A DNA stretch of 64,000 nt from Candidatus Rokubacteria bacterium CSP1-6 (GCA_001443385.1 LDXP01000001.1:5285-69284), one strand, 5' to 3'. Positions 48,688 through 58,267 are shown, numbered from the stretch's first letter. Numbers and translations: made by a program. The notes: generated from the sequence alone by a model not told the origin.

Positions 48688-50772
48688 TCAAGATTCGGGC
48701 GTCGCCGCCCGGCGCTTGACGAAATCTTCCAGGAGGTTTTCGTTCTCGAGCGACAGCCCCAGGAAGGCAAACCCCGCTCGATCGCCCTCGCTCCAGATGA
48801 CCCGGCCGTCAACGGTGAGGGGCTCGGGAAAGCCGGAGAGCTCGATCCGGATGCCGACGATGCGGTTCGCCGGAATCCGCTTGGGCAGGTTGCGCGCCGC
48901 GACGCCGGTGCGGCTGAGGTCCAGCATGGCGGCCGTGATCGTGACGTCCTCGTCCACGATGATGAGCGGCACGTCGAGGACGGCGCGGGGGGCCTGGCGC
49001 CCTTCCGCCTTCTCCACGGCGTAGATCTTCACCGGGATCTCCTTGCCCTTGACCTTCACCTCTCCCAGGTAGCGCGAGTAGAAGAGGTGTTTGACCTCCT
49101 CGTAGGTGTTCTCGCTGATCACGACGGGGGAGAGGAAGTCCTTGGTCAGGCCCTCGAGCCGGGAAGCAAGGTTGACCGTGTCGCCGATCGCCGTGTACTC
49201 GAGCCGCTGCTGGGAGCCGATGGTTCCGACGACGGCTTCCCCGGTATTGATCCCCACGCCGTTGCGGAGACGCACGCCGGACCTGGCCTCCCAGCGCTCG
49301 GAGAGGACCTTGACCTGCTCCTGAAATTCGAGCGCCGTGCGCACCGCCTGCTCGGCGTGGTTGATCTGGTCGAACGGCGCACCGTAGAGGGCCATGATCG
49401 CATCCCCGATGTACTTGTCCACCGTGCCGCCGTACTTGAAGACGATCTCGGTCATGGTGGTCAGGTAATCCCGGAGCATCTCCACCACCTCTTCAGGCTT
49501 GAGTTTCTCCGAGAGCGAGGTGAAGCCGCGAATGTCCGAGAAGAGCACGGTGATGCGCCGGCGGCTGCCGACCAGCGAGCCTTCGCTCTGTGTTTTCAGG
49601 ATCTCCTTGATGACGTCGGGGGAGAAGAACCGCGACAGGCGCCGCTTCTCGCGCTGCTCGCGGATGTAGTTGATCACCACGGCGGTGCCGTAGCCGGAGA
49701 CCAGAGCCAGCTGGACCGAGAACCAATCCACCCACAGATAAAGGCTGACGAAGGCCCAGAAGGCGACCACCGCATACGCGACTCCCACCGCCACGATCAA
49801 GAGGAACGCCCGAACCGCGCGTAGCCTGAAGGCGGCGAGAGTCCCCAGGACGGCGGCGACCAGCGTCAGGAGGGCTCCGAGGTACAGGTGGATCCTGGTC
49901 AGTCGATTGCCCTGGAGGAGGTTCTCCAACAGGTTGGCGTGAACCTCGACCCCGGGCACCCTGTCCAGGCTCGTGAGCAGCCCAGCCGAGAACGGGGTGA
50001 GAAAGTCGTCGTGAAGGGCAAGCGTCGTCGCCCCAACCATGACGATCTTCCCCTGAAAGACTTCCGGCTTCACCTCGCCGTTCAGCACCCGGTAGTACGG
50101 GATCACGGGGAACGTCCGCCGGGGACCTCGATAGTTGATGTACACCATCGGTTCCGTGGGGAGCGGCTTGGCGGGAATCCCCGCCTTGATCGCCAGGTTA
50201 TAGAGATGGAGGTCGAAGCTCTCCTGGACCCCTTGCTGGAAGGGGAGCCTGAGGTCCCCCGATCGGACGAAGCCGTCCTCGTCCGTCGCGAGGTTGATAA
50301 AGCCGAAGCTCGCGGCGCCCTTCCGGATCAGGGGAAGCGGAGGGTTGAGGTCGTCCTTGACGCCATACTCTCCCTGAGTCTTGGTCAGGTTGGCCCCCAG
50401 CACCACGTTGCCGACCCTCGCCACGGCTGCCGCCAAGGCCTGATCGTCACGGGGCCCATGGGCGCTGGGCTCGATGAAGAGGATGTCGAGGCCGATCGCT
50501 GCGGGCCGACCCCGGCTGAGGAGATCCAGCAAGCGGCCGTGGAGCGCCCGGGGCCACGGCCACGCCAGGTCGAGCTCGTCGAAGGAATCCTCGTCGATGG
50601 AGATGATGACAATGGGCGAGGCGGGGCGAATCGGCCCCCGGAGGAGAAACCGCCAGTTAAGGCTCTTGAGCTCCACGAACTCGACGACTCCCAGGAGGGT
50701 AACGAGCGCGACGACCACCCCTACCCCGGCCCCGATGAGCCACGGCCGCGCCGCCCCGGAGAAAAATTTCAT
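48688..50772 (-). CDS. CHASE2 - class III adenylate cyclase - PilZ fusion
   Basis: IVIISIDE, WPWPR, IGLDILF, D.DG.VR, PGVEVHAN, 3 TM, FSDIRGFT, DKYIGD, EYTAIGDTVNLASRLE, RQAPR + DLSRTG. Confidence 0.9.
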   Translation of the reverse strand: MKFFSGAARPWLIGAGVGVVVALVTLLGVVEFVELKSLNWRFLLRGPIRPASPIVIISIDEDSFDELDLAWPWPRALHGRLLDLLSRGRPAAIGLDILFIEPSAHGPRDDQALAAAVARVGNVVLGANLTKTQGEYGVKDDLNPPLPLIRKGAASFGFINLATDEDGFVRSGDLRLPFQQGVQESFDLHLYNLAIKAGIPAKPLPTEPMVYINYRGPRRTFPVIPYYRVLNGEVKPEVFQGKIVMVGATTLALHDDFLTPFSAGLLTSLDRVPGVEVHANLLENLLQGNRLTRIHLYLGALLTLVAAVLGTLAAFRLRAVRAFLLIVAVGVAYAVVAFWAFVSLYLWVDWFSVQLALVSGYGTAVVINYIREQREKRRLSRFFSPDVIKEILKTQSEGSLVGSRRRITVLFSDIRGFTSLSEKLKPEEVVEMLRDYLTTMTEIVFKYGGTVDKYIGDAIMALYGAPFDQINHAEQAVRTALEFQEQVKVLSERWEARSGVRLRNGVGINTGEAVVGTIGSQQRLEYTAIGDTVNLASRLEGLTKDFLSPVVISENTYEEVKHLFYSRYLGEVKVKGKEIPVKIYAVEKAEGRQAPRAVLDVPLIIVDEDVTITAAMLDLSRTGVAARNLPKRIPANRIVGIRIELSGFPEPLTVDGRVIWSEGDRAGFAFLGLSLENENLLEDFVKRRAATPES

Positions 50773-50834
50773 GCTGGCAGGGTAGCACAGGTCGGGGGAG
50801 GCTGGCATCTTCCCGACGCCACGGATTCCGCGGC

Positions 50835-50863
50835 TTGACCGGCAAAGTCTGCTAGACTAAAAT
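50835..50863 (+). promoter_or_regulatory. sigma70 promoter for leaderless phosphodiesterase
   Basis: TTGACC-N17-TAAAAT-N7-ATG. Confidence 0.6.
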
Positions 50864-50870
50864 CCGTGGG

Positions 50871-51635
50871 ATGAAAATCAAGGTGCTCGGCGTCTTCGGC
50901 AGCGAGGGCCAGGGGCAGCGTCCCTCGGCCTTCCTCGTCAACGACCGGGTGCTGGTGGACGCCGGGAGCGTGCCGGGCGCCCTCGGCATCGACGAGCAGC
51001 GGGAGATCGAGCACGCCCTCCTCAGCCACGCCCACCTGGATCACGTCGTGGGGCTCGCCTTCCTCACCGACACGCTCGCCATTACGAACGCGAAGCGACC
51101 CGTGATCGCCACGAGCATCGCGCCGGTGGTGGACGACCTGAAGAAGCACGCCTTCAACGACCGGCTCTGGCCCGATTTCTCCACGATCCCCACCTCCCAG
51201 ACCGCGGTCCTGGGCTACCGGACGCTGACGGAGGACGTCGAATCGCGAGTGGGCGAGCTCTGGGTCACGCCGATCCGCGTGGACCACACCGTGGACACCG
51301 TCGGCTTCGTGATCCACGACGGGGAAACGGGGTTCGTGTACTCGGGCGACACGGGGCCCACCGAGCGGATCTGGCAGGCGGCGCGCGAGCTCAAGGGACT
51401 CAAGGCGGTGATCGTCGAGACCGCCTTCCCCAGCCGCCTGGACGGTCTCGCCCGCGCCTCCAAGCACCTGACGCCGGTGATGCTGAGCCGGGAGATGAAG
51501 AAGATGCCGTCCGATCTTCCCCTCTGGATCTACCACATCAAGCCGCACTTCTTCGAGGAGACCGCCGAGGAGCTTCAGAAGATGGACCCGGCCCGCATCC
51601 ACATCCTGGAGCAGGGCAAGACCTACACCCTCTAG
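50871..51635 (+). CDS. Class II (metallo-beta-lactamase fold) 3',5'-cyclic nucleotide phosphodiesterase
   Basis: VLG..GS, DAGS, SHAHLDHV, FND..WPDF, SGDTGPT, HLTP, YHIKP. Confidence 0.85.
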   Translation: MKIKVLGVFGSEGQGQRPSAFLVNDRVLVDAGSVPGALGIDEQREIEHALLSHAHLDHVVGLAFLTDTLAITNAKRPVIATSIAPVVDDLKKHAFNDRLWPDFSTIPTSQTAVLGYRTLTEDVESRVGELWVTPIRVDHTVDTVGFVIHDGETGFVYSGDTGPTERIWQAARELKGLKAVIVETAFPSRLDGLARASKHLTPVMLSREMKKMPSDLPLWIYHIKPHFFEETAEELQKMDPARIHILEQGKTYTL

Positions 51636-52726
51636 GATTGGGGGAGGAGGACGGCGCTCTCCGCGCTGAATTCCACCCGCACGCGATCCCCCAGCCGGAA
51701 GATCCGTCCCTCGCCCAGCGCGGGCAGCTCAACCCGGAGCAGTGTGCCCTCGCCGACCTTGACCTCGTAAATGTGGCGATCCCCCTCGAAGACCCGGGAG
51801 GCCACGGTCGCGAAGAATCCCGTCTCGCGCCCCAAGGTGGCTTCCTCGATCCGGAGGGCCTCGGGGCGAAGGCAGAGAAGCGCCCGGGCTCCCGTCCGCC
51901 ACCGGACCGGGTCGCCCGGCACCGGGAGCCGCACCCCCCCGACGGCCTCGACCAGCACGCCGGTCTCCCGAAGTTCGACCACCTGCACGGGGAGCAGGTT
52001 GGCCGCTCCCACGAACTCGGCCGCGAAGCGGCTGCGGGGACGCCGGTAGATGTCCTCCGGCGTCCCCTCCTCAACCACCGAGCCGCTCTGGAGCACCGCG
52101 ACCCGATTCGACAGGGCGAGGGCCTCCGACTGATCGTGGGTGACGTAGATCGTGGTAATGGCGAGATCCCGCTGGAGCCGGGCGAGCTCGATCCGCATCT
52201 GAGCCCGCAGCTGGGCGTCCAGGTTGGAGAGCGGCTCGTCCAGGAGGAGGAGCCGGGGTTGCACCGCGAGAGTCCGGGCCAACGCCACCCGCTGCTGCTG
52301 CCCGCCGGAGAGCTGGGACGGCCGCCGCGCCTCGAGGCCTTCCAAGCCGACCTGGGTAAGAGCAGCCGAGACCTTCTCGGCGATCTCGGCGCGGGGCAAC
52401 CTCCGTTCGCGCAGCCCGAAGGCGACGTTCTCGTACACGGTCAGATGCGGCCAGAGGGCATAGTGCTGGAAGACCAGCCCGACGTCCCGCTTCCAGGGGG
52501 GGACGGCATCGATGGGCTCTCCGTCCACGAGGATCCGCCCGGCGTCCGGCCGCGCGAAGCCCGCGATCATCCGGAGCAGCGTCGTCTTGCCGCACCCCGA
52601 CGGGCCGAGCAGCGTGAAGAATTCCCCGGGCAGGATGGTCAGCGTCACATCGCGGACCGCCCAGATCTCCCCATATCGCTTCCCGACCCCTTCCAGCCTG
52701 ACCTCGGAGGAGAGTTTGGGGCTCAT
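51632..52726 (-). CDS. ABC importer ATPase (FbpC/PotA-like) with TOBE domain
   Basis: GPSGCGKTT, LSGGQQQR, DEPLSNLD, YVTHDQ. Confidence 0.92.
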   Translation of the reverse strand: MSPKLSSEVRLEGVGKRYGEIWAVRDVTLTILPGEFFTLLGPSGCGKTTLLRMIAGFARPDAGRILVDGEPIDAVPPWKRDVGLVFQHYALWPHLTVYENVAFGLRERRLPRAEIAEKVSAALTQVGLEGLEARRPSQLSGGQQQRVALARTLAVQPRLLLLDEPLSNLDAQLRAQMRIELARLQRDLAITTIYVTHDQSEALALSNRVAVLQSGSVVEEGTPEDIYRRPRSRFAAEFVGAANLLPVQVVELRETGVLVEAVGGVRLPVPGDPVRWRTGARALLCLRPEALRIEEATLGRETGFFATVASRVFEGDRHIYEVKVGEGTLLRVELPALGEGRIFRLGDRVRVEFSAESAVLLPQS

Positions 52727-53877
52727 GAGGGCTTCTCCGCGTGGGCGCGCAGCCGGACCAGCGGAACGCAGGCCAGGCCCGCCAGGGCAAGCATACCGTA
52801 GACGACGGCGGGGGTCGTCCATGTCAGGAGGGTGGTGGCCGCGACCGGCCCGATGAACGCGGCGCCGATCCGGGCGGAGTTGACCAGGCCGATAGCCTCG
52901 CCGCCCGCCCGTTGGGCGATCCGCGCCACGGCCAGCGGGAACACGGGGGCCACGCAGAGCACCTGGAAGAACCGGACCAGCCCGAAGCTCCAAGCGTCCC
53001 ATGTCAGCGCCAGGAGCGCCAGCAGGCCCGAGGAGGAGGCGAGGAACGAGGCGATGGCCCTCCGCTCGCCCAGGAGGTCGGCCAACCGCGGCGCTGCGAG
53101 CGACCCCAGGGCAGCCCCAACCCCCGAGGCGAAGATGATCAACCCGCCGATCTCCAGCGTGCTCGTGGTTGCCACGCCCAGCGGGGGAAGGATCTGGGGG
53201 AGCACCGCCGTCAGAAAGAACACCTGGACGGACCCGGCCAGCACGAGGAAGCACGCCACCAAGATCTCCCCCCAGGAGATCTGGCGCCGCTCCTCCTCGA
53301 CCGCCGCGGAGAGGCGTGGTTGGGGGACCCCCCACTGGACCAGTCCCGCGCACCCCCAGAGGATCGCCCCGCCCAGGAGGAACGACGGCACGAAGCCGAT
53401 GCGGGCCGCCGCGACGGCGCCGGCCAGCGGCCCCAGGATCTGCCCCACGGTCATCGCCGACTGGATCGCTGAGACCTCCCGCCGCACGTCCCGGTCGGGG
53501 GATCGCCCCGCGATGATGAAGGCAAAGGTCGAGGCCGCGCCCATGGCCCCGAGCACGAGACGGGCCAGGAAGAGCTCGATCAGCGACCGCGCCATCGCCA
53601 TGCCGACGAAGCCGAGCCCCTGGAGGATCTCGACCACCACGTAGAAGGTCTTGGGGTTCCCCTTTCCGGCCAACCGTCCCCAGACGGGCGTGGTAACGAC
53701 GGTGACAAGCGCCGAGATCCCCAGGATCCAGCCGGTCCACCTGAGCGTGGAGACGGGATCCACGGTGGAGAGCCGCTGGATGTAGAAGGGTAGGCTTACA
53801 TAGACGAAGGACCACGCGAAGGTCCCGAAGAAGAGCGCCACCGGGAGGATTCGTCGCGACGGCCACATCAAGCGCAT
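52723..53877 (-). CDS. MFS transporter (DHA1/MdtG-like)
   Basis: LPFYI, W.G.I, PVWGRLA, ARLVLG, GPLAG; about 12 TM. Confidence 0.85.
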   Translation of the reverse strand: MRLMWPSRRILPVALFFGTFAWSFVYVSLPFYIQRLSTVDPVSTLRWTGWILGISALVTVVTTPVWGRLAGKGNPKTFYVVVEILQGLGFVGMAMARSLIELFLARLVLGAMGAASTFAFIIAGRSPDRDVRREVSAIQSAMTVGQILGPLAGAVAAARIGFVPSFLLGGAILWGCAGLVQWGVPQPRLSAAVEEERRQISWGEILVACFLVLAGSVQVFFLTAVLPQILPPLGVATTSTLEIGGLIIFASGVGAALGSLAAPRLADLLGERRAIASFLASSSGLLALLALTWDAWSFGLVRFFQVLCVAPVFPLAVARIAQRAGGEAIGLVNSARIGAAFIGPVAATTLLTWTTPAVVYGMLALAGLACVPLVRLRAHAEKPS

Positions 53878-53891
53878 CACGGCATCAGTCC

Positions 53892-54016
53892 ATGCCGTGG
53901 CGAGAACCGAGTAGCCCAAGGCCCGAGGGAGGAGCCCACCGGAGGCGTACGCGGTTGTACGTTGAGGATGGGCGACGACCGAGAACGCCGAGATGCGAAG
54001 GTTATCGCCACGGCAT
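53892..54016. mobile_element. 125-bp miniature inverted-repeat element (MITE/REP-like)
   Basis: 17-bp terminal inverted repeats ATGCCGTGGCGAGAACC / GGTTATCGCCACGGCAT (1 mismatch); central CGTAC-N6-GTACG hairpin. Confidence 0.7.
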
Positions 54017-55734
54017 CAGAGGCGGAAGAGGGAGCCGGCGCCCCCCCTGGCCGCCAGCCGGTGGGCCAGCCAAGTCCCGCACCCGACCAGGACGATGGCC
54101 ACCACCCCCAGCGCCGCGCCGGGCCCCCGCCCGACGGCGGACTGCATGTACACGTAGATGCCGTAGGAGAGCGGGCCGAGCTCGATGCGCGGCACGAGCA
54201 GGATGGTGGAGGAAAGCTCCACCGCCGACGTGATGAACGCGATGAGCCCGCCGGCCAGGAGGCCTCGGGCCATGAGAGGGGCGGTCACCCGGGCAAAAGT
54301 CCGGAGGCGGTTCGCGCCGAGATTCTGCGCCGCCTCCTCCAGGGCGAGAGGCAGCTGCTGGAGCGCCGCGTAGGCGCTCCTCACCGTGTAGGGAAGCCGG
54401 CGCATCGCGTAGGCCAGGACTAGGATGAGCCACGTGGCTGTCAGGGGCTCGCCGAGGCCGGGAAAATTCCAGCCGTGGAACATGCGAAGGTAACCCACCG
54501 CGAGCACGACCCCGGGGATCGCCAGGGGCATCGTGGCGATGACGTCGAGCCACCCCCTACCGCGCACGCTCCCGCGGAGGAGCAGCCAGGCGATCGCCGC
54601 GCCGAGCGCCACGTCCGCGGCCGCGGCCAGCAGGGCGTAGCGGAGAGTGTTCCAGATGAAGCCCGTGGTGCGAAAGAGGATCTCCTCGTAGTTGCCGAGG
54701 GTGTACACGGTGGGCAGGAGGGAGAGGCTCCACACCTTGGAAAACGACAGGAGGAAGATCCCCACGTGCGGGAGCAGCGCGGGCCCCAGGAGCGCGGCGG
54801 CGATGAGCCACGCCGCCAGGGCCGAGGCCCCGCTGAGCCGCCGGGGCTCGACCTCGGCGCTCCGTTGAAGCGCGGCGTACTCCGACAGCCCGAGGGCCGC
54901 CTTGGAGCCCCAGAGCGCCAGCACCGACAGCACGACCAGAATCACGCAAATGACGTAGCCGTCCACATCCGTGAGCCCGACGGTCGTCACGCGGAGATAG
55001 GCCTGGGGCGCCAGCAGCTTGGTGTAGTTGAGCATGAGGGGCGTGCCCAGATCATCGATGACGCGGATGAACGTGATGAGGGCCCCCGCCGCGTATCCGG
55101 GAAGCGCCAAGGGAAGGAGCACGCGGCGAAACAGACGAAAGCCGGACGCTCCCAGGTTCTGGGCAGCCTCTTCGAGCGACGGGTCTACTCCCGCCAGGGC
55201 GGCAGCGGTGTTGACCATGATGAAGGGAAAGTAGTGAAGGGTCTGGACCAGCACCACGCCGGTGAGCCCTTCCATCAGCGGGAGGGTCGTGCCGAACGTC
55301 TCGAGGAGCCACAGGTTCACCATCCCGCTGCGCCCGAGGATCTGCTGGAAGGCCACGGCCCCGACGAAGGGCGGGATCACGAGGGGCAGCATGCCGAGCG
55401 TCTGGAGGACGGCCTTTCCCGGGAACGCGTGGCGCACCGTCAGGAACGCCAGCGGCACGCCGACCATGCTCCCGAAGAGCACCGCCAGAAAGCCCGTCGC
55501 CAGCGTGTTGAGCAGGGATTCCAGAAAGAGGGGGCGCCGGAAGAAAGCGACGAGATGCCGGAGCGTGAATCCCCCCGTGTCGCCCGCCACCGCCACGGAG
55601 AGCACCTGGAGGAGCGGGTACAGGATGCCGGCCGCGAGCAGCAGGAGGAGCGCCAGCACCAGGACCCCCTCCGGGTCCCAGAGCCGGGTACCCGCGCCGG
55701 GGGCGTGGGCGCGTCGGATGAGGGGGAGGTTCAC
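54016..55734 (-). CDS. Fe3+/polyamine-type ABC permease, two fused TM domains (FbpB-like)
   Basis: PPFVGA, two EAA loops (LEEAAQNLGA). Confidence 0.9.
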   Translation of the reverse strand: MNLPLIRRAHAPGAGTRLWDPEGVLVLALLLLLAAGILYPLLQVLSVAVAGDTGGFTLRHLVAFFRRPLFLESLLNTLATGFLAVLFGSMVGVPLAFLTVRHAFPGKAVLQTLGMLPLVIPPFVGAVAFQQILGRSGMVNLWLLETFGTTLPLMEGLTGVVLVQTLHYFPFIMVNTAAALAGVDPSLEEAAQNLGASGFRLFRRVLLPLALPGYAAGALITFIRVIDDLGTPLMLNYTKLLAPQAYLRVTTVGLTDVDGYVICVILVVLSVLALWGSKAALGLSEYAALQRSAEVEPRRLSGASALAAWLIAAALLGPALLPHVGIFLLSFSKVWSLSLLPTVYTLGNYEEILFRTTGFIWNTLRYALLAAAADVALGAAIAWLLLRGSVRGRGWLDVIATMPLAIPGVVLAVGYLRMFHGWNFPGLGEPLTATWLILVLAYAMRRLPYTVRSAYAALQQLPLALEEAAQNLGANRLRTFARVTAPLMARGLLAGGLIAFITSAVELSSTILLVPRIELGPLSYGIYVYMQSAVGRGPGAALGVVAIVLVGCGTWLAHRLAARGGAGSLFRL

Positions 55735-55741
55735 TCGGAGG

Positions 55742-56215
55742 TCAGGGGCGCGAGCCGGGGGAGCGCTCCTGGGCCAGGCGCTGCTCGATCTCCTGTTTCT
55801 CCTCGATGGCAACCAGCAGCCTCACCCCCTGATCCGCCAGCTCGAGCTCGAGCTCGTTGACCCGGTCCCGGAGCCCGTGGAGCGCGCGCCGGTGGGCGAG
55901 GCCGATGGCGCCGAAGCCGATCCCCCCCGCCAGGAGGAGGCAGAGGATGACGTACGTTTCCGTCGCGCGGAGGATCGCCATCCCCGGGCCGCGCGGCCGC
56001 GCAAGAGCCAGAGCCAGAAGGAGTCCCCAGGCGCAGACCGCCGCGGCCAGCGCCTCGCGCGCGCCGTGTCGAAGGGCAACGAGCGCTACGAAGGCGAGGG
56101 CGAGGGGGGAGTAGGCGGGGAGGAAGAGCAGGGTGAGGCCGCCCAGCAGCAGCAGCCCGAGGACGATCTCGACGAAAGGGGAGCGCCGGTCGGCGGGCAG
56201 ACCCAGAGGTCTCAC
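55742..56215 (-). CDS. 4-TM membrane protein with C-terminal coiled coil
   Basis: Hydrophobic segments, VALRHG, LRDRVNELELEL...EKQEIEQRL. Confidence 0.6.
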   Translation of the reverse strand: MRPLGLPADRRSPFVEIVLGLLLLGGLTLLFLPAYSPLALAFVALVALRHGAREALAAAVCAWGLLLALALARPRGPGMAILRATETYVILCLLLAGGIGFGAIGLAHRRALHGLRDRVNELELELADQGVRLLVAIEEKQEIEQRLAQERSPGSRP

Positions 56216-56258
56216 CGCTCCGAACCGGCTCGGTAGGGCCCCCGGCGCGCCAGCGGGA

Positions 56259-56597
56259 CTACCCCCACGATGCGACGGCTTCCTGGCGGGTGGCGTGAAC
56301 GGACATCACCTTGATCAGGCGGGTCATCTCGAAAATCGACCGGACATCGTCCTGGAGAGCGCAGAGCTTGAGGTTGCCGCCGGCGGCCCGCGCCTGCTTC
56401 ATGGCCGCCACCAGCGTGCCGAGCCCTGAGCTGTCGATGTACCCGACACCGCCGAGGTCCATGACCAGCTTGAGCTGCCCCTTGTCGATGAGTTCGGTCA
56501 GGACCCGCCGAACCTGGTCGGCGGCTCCCATGTCGAGGTCACCCGTCGGAACCACGACGGTAACGTCCTGCGACTGCGCGACCTGGATCTCCATCAT
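56259..56597 (-). CDS. STAS anti-anti-sigma factor (RsbV/SpoIIAA-like)
   Basis: GDLD, DLGGVGYIDSSGLGTL, IFEMTRL. Confidence 0.92.
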   Translation of the reverse strand: MMEIQVAQSQDVTVVVPTGDLDMGAADQVRRVLTELIDKGQLKLVMDLGGVGYIDSSGLGTLVAAMKQARAAGGNLKLCALQDDVRSIFEMTRLIKVMSVHATRQEAVASWG

Positions 56598-57016
56598 TCC
56601 CTCCTCCGATACTTCACGAGTGTCCAGCGTGTCCCCTGCTCCTGGGTCACGTCGTACGAGAGCTCGTCCACGAACTGCCGCACGAGGTGCAGGCCGATCC
56701 CGCCCTCGGGCACCGCCTCGAAGTCGGGCGGCCGGTACGCTTCGGGATCGAACTTCTTCCCGAAGTCCCGCACCTCGATGACCAGCCGGTTCTCGTTCCC
56801 CTGTACCGAGACGTGGATCGGCTTGCCGCCGAGCCCGGCATACGCGTGCCTGATGGAATTCGAGCAGATCTCCCCGACCGCCACCTGGAGGCCGAACTGC
56901 TCTTGATTCTCCACCTTCAGGCGCGTGAGCTCCCCCCGGAGCCAGTCCCGCAGGCGAGCCAGGTGCTGCGGCTCGCTGGTCAGCACGAAGGTGCCCTCCG
57001 GACCCCCGTCTCTCAT
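56594..57016 (-). CDS. RsbW-like Ser/Thr kinase / anti-sigma factor (HATPase_c_2)
   Basis: AVGEICSNSIRHAY, VRDFG, GGIGLHLV...VD. Confidence 0.9.
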   Translation of the reverse strand: MRDGGPEGTFVLTSEPQHLARLRDWLRGELTRLKVENQEQFGLQVAVGEICSNSIRHAYAGLGGKPIHVSVQGNENRLVIEVRDFGKKFDPEAYRPPDFEAVPEGGIGLHLVRQFVDELSYDVTQEQGTRWTLVKYRRRE

Positions 57017-57088
57017 CGTGTCGTTACGCTCGGGGTCGCCCCAGCATTTTTCGAGTATAGCAGGGGAGCCATGGTCTCCAAAACTCCG

Positions 57089-58258
57089 CTAGGCCCGGAG
57101 GACCACGAGCGTGAGGTCGTCACGCAGGGGGCCCGGGCTCTTCTGGATCTCGTCCGCGATGGCCTCGGCAATGGCCTGCGGGGGTTTCTGGCGGTTGGCC
57201 TCGAGGAGGCTGCAGAAGCCCTCGGTGCCGAGCATGCGGCCGTCGGGCCCGACGGACTCCACCACCCCGTCGGTGTACAGCGCGAGCAGATCACCCTGGG
57301 TCAGCTGAACCCGGCGCTCGTCGAACTCCGCCTCATCCATGACACCCAGAATCGTCCCCTCGGCCTCCAGCACGCGGGGCGGCTGGCCGGGCCGGAGCAG
57401 GATCGGCTTGACGTGGCCGGCGTCGCCGTAGACCAGCTGCCGGTCGGGCCCCAGGAGACAGAAGAACATGGTGACGAACATCGAGGGCGGGATATCCCGG
57501 CAGAGGTAGTGGTTCAGGCGGGAGAGCACCTGAGCGGGAGGATCGCCGTCCGCCGCGGTGACCCGGAAGAGCGTGCGTACCATGACCATGAGCAGCGCGG
57601 CGGGAATCCCCTTGCCGGACACGTCTCCCACGGAGATCCCCAAGCGCCCGTCCGGCATGGCGAGAAAGTCGTAAAAGTCTCCGCTCACGGTCTCCGACGA
57701 GAAGAGCACGGCCCCGAGCTCGATCCCGTGGATGGGCGGCGGCACCTTGGGGAGGAGGGACATCTGGATCTCGCGGGCCACCTCCAGCTCGCGCGAGAGC
57801 CGCTCCAGCCCGCGCTCCGAGAACCAGTCGCCGAGAACGCCCATCAGCGGGTTCAGGTAGCGGAGCTTCTCGCTGCGCTGGAGGAGCGTATGGATCCGGG
57901 CCATGAGCTCGGCCGCTTCGAAGGGCTTGGGCACGTAGTCGTCGGCGCCCTTCGTGAGTCCCGCGACCCGGTCGGCCACCGCCGCCTTGGCGGTCAGCAT
58001 GATCACGGGGATTTGAGCGGTGCCCGGGTTCTCCCGGAGCTTCTGAAGCACACCCATCCCGTCGAGCCGCGGCATCATGACGTCCAGCAGGATCAGGTCG
58101 GGCCGCGACTCCTTGACGCGCTCAAGCGCCTCGATCCCGTCGGAGGCGGACACCGCCGTATATCCGGCCGCTTCCACGACGGCCCGCGCCAGCTCCACGT
58201 TGTCGGGATTGTCGTCCACGACGAGGATCTTCGCCACGCGGGCGGCCTCAACCATCAA
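57089..58258 (-). CDS. Response regulator-PP2C (SpoIIE/RsbU-like) phosphatase
   Basis: REC (VDD, LLDVMMP, KPF); SGDFYD, GDVSGKG, YTDG, RDDLT. Confidence 0.92.
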   Translation of the reverse strand: MMVEAARVAKILVVDDNPDNVELARAVVEAAGYTAVSASDGIEALERVKESRPDLILLDVMMPRLDGMGVLQKLRENPGTAQIPVIMLTAKAAVADRVAGLTKGADDYVPKPFEAAELMARIHTLLQRSEKLRYLNPLMGVLGDWFSERGLERLSRELEVAREIQMSLLPKVPPPIHGIELGAVLFSSETVSGDFYDFLAMPDGRLGISVGDVSGKGIPAALLMVMVRTLFRVTAADGDPPAQVLSRLNHYLCRDIPPSMFVTMFFCLLGPDRQLVYGDAGHVKPILLRPGQPPRVLEAEGTILGVMDEAEFDERRVQLTQGDLLALYTDGVVESVGPDGRMLGTEGFCSLLEANRQKPPQAIAEAIADEIQKSPGPLRDDLTLVVLRA

Positions 58259-58267
58259 TTTTCACCA

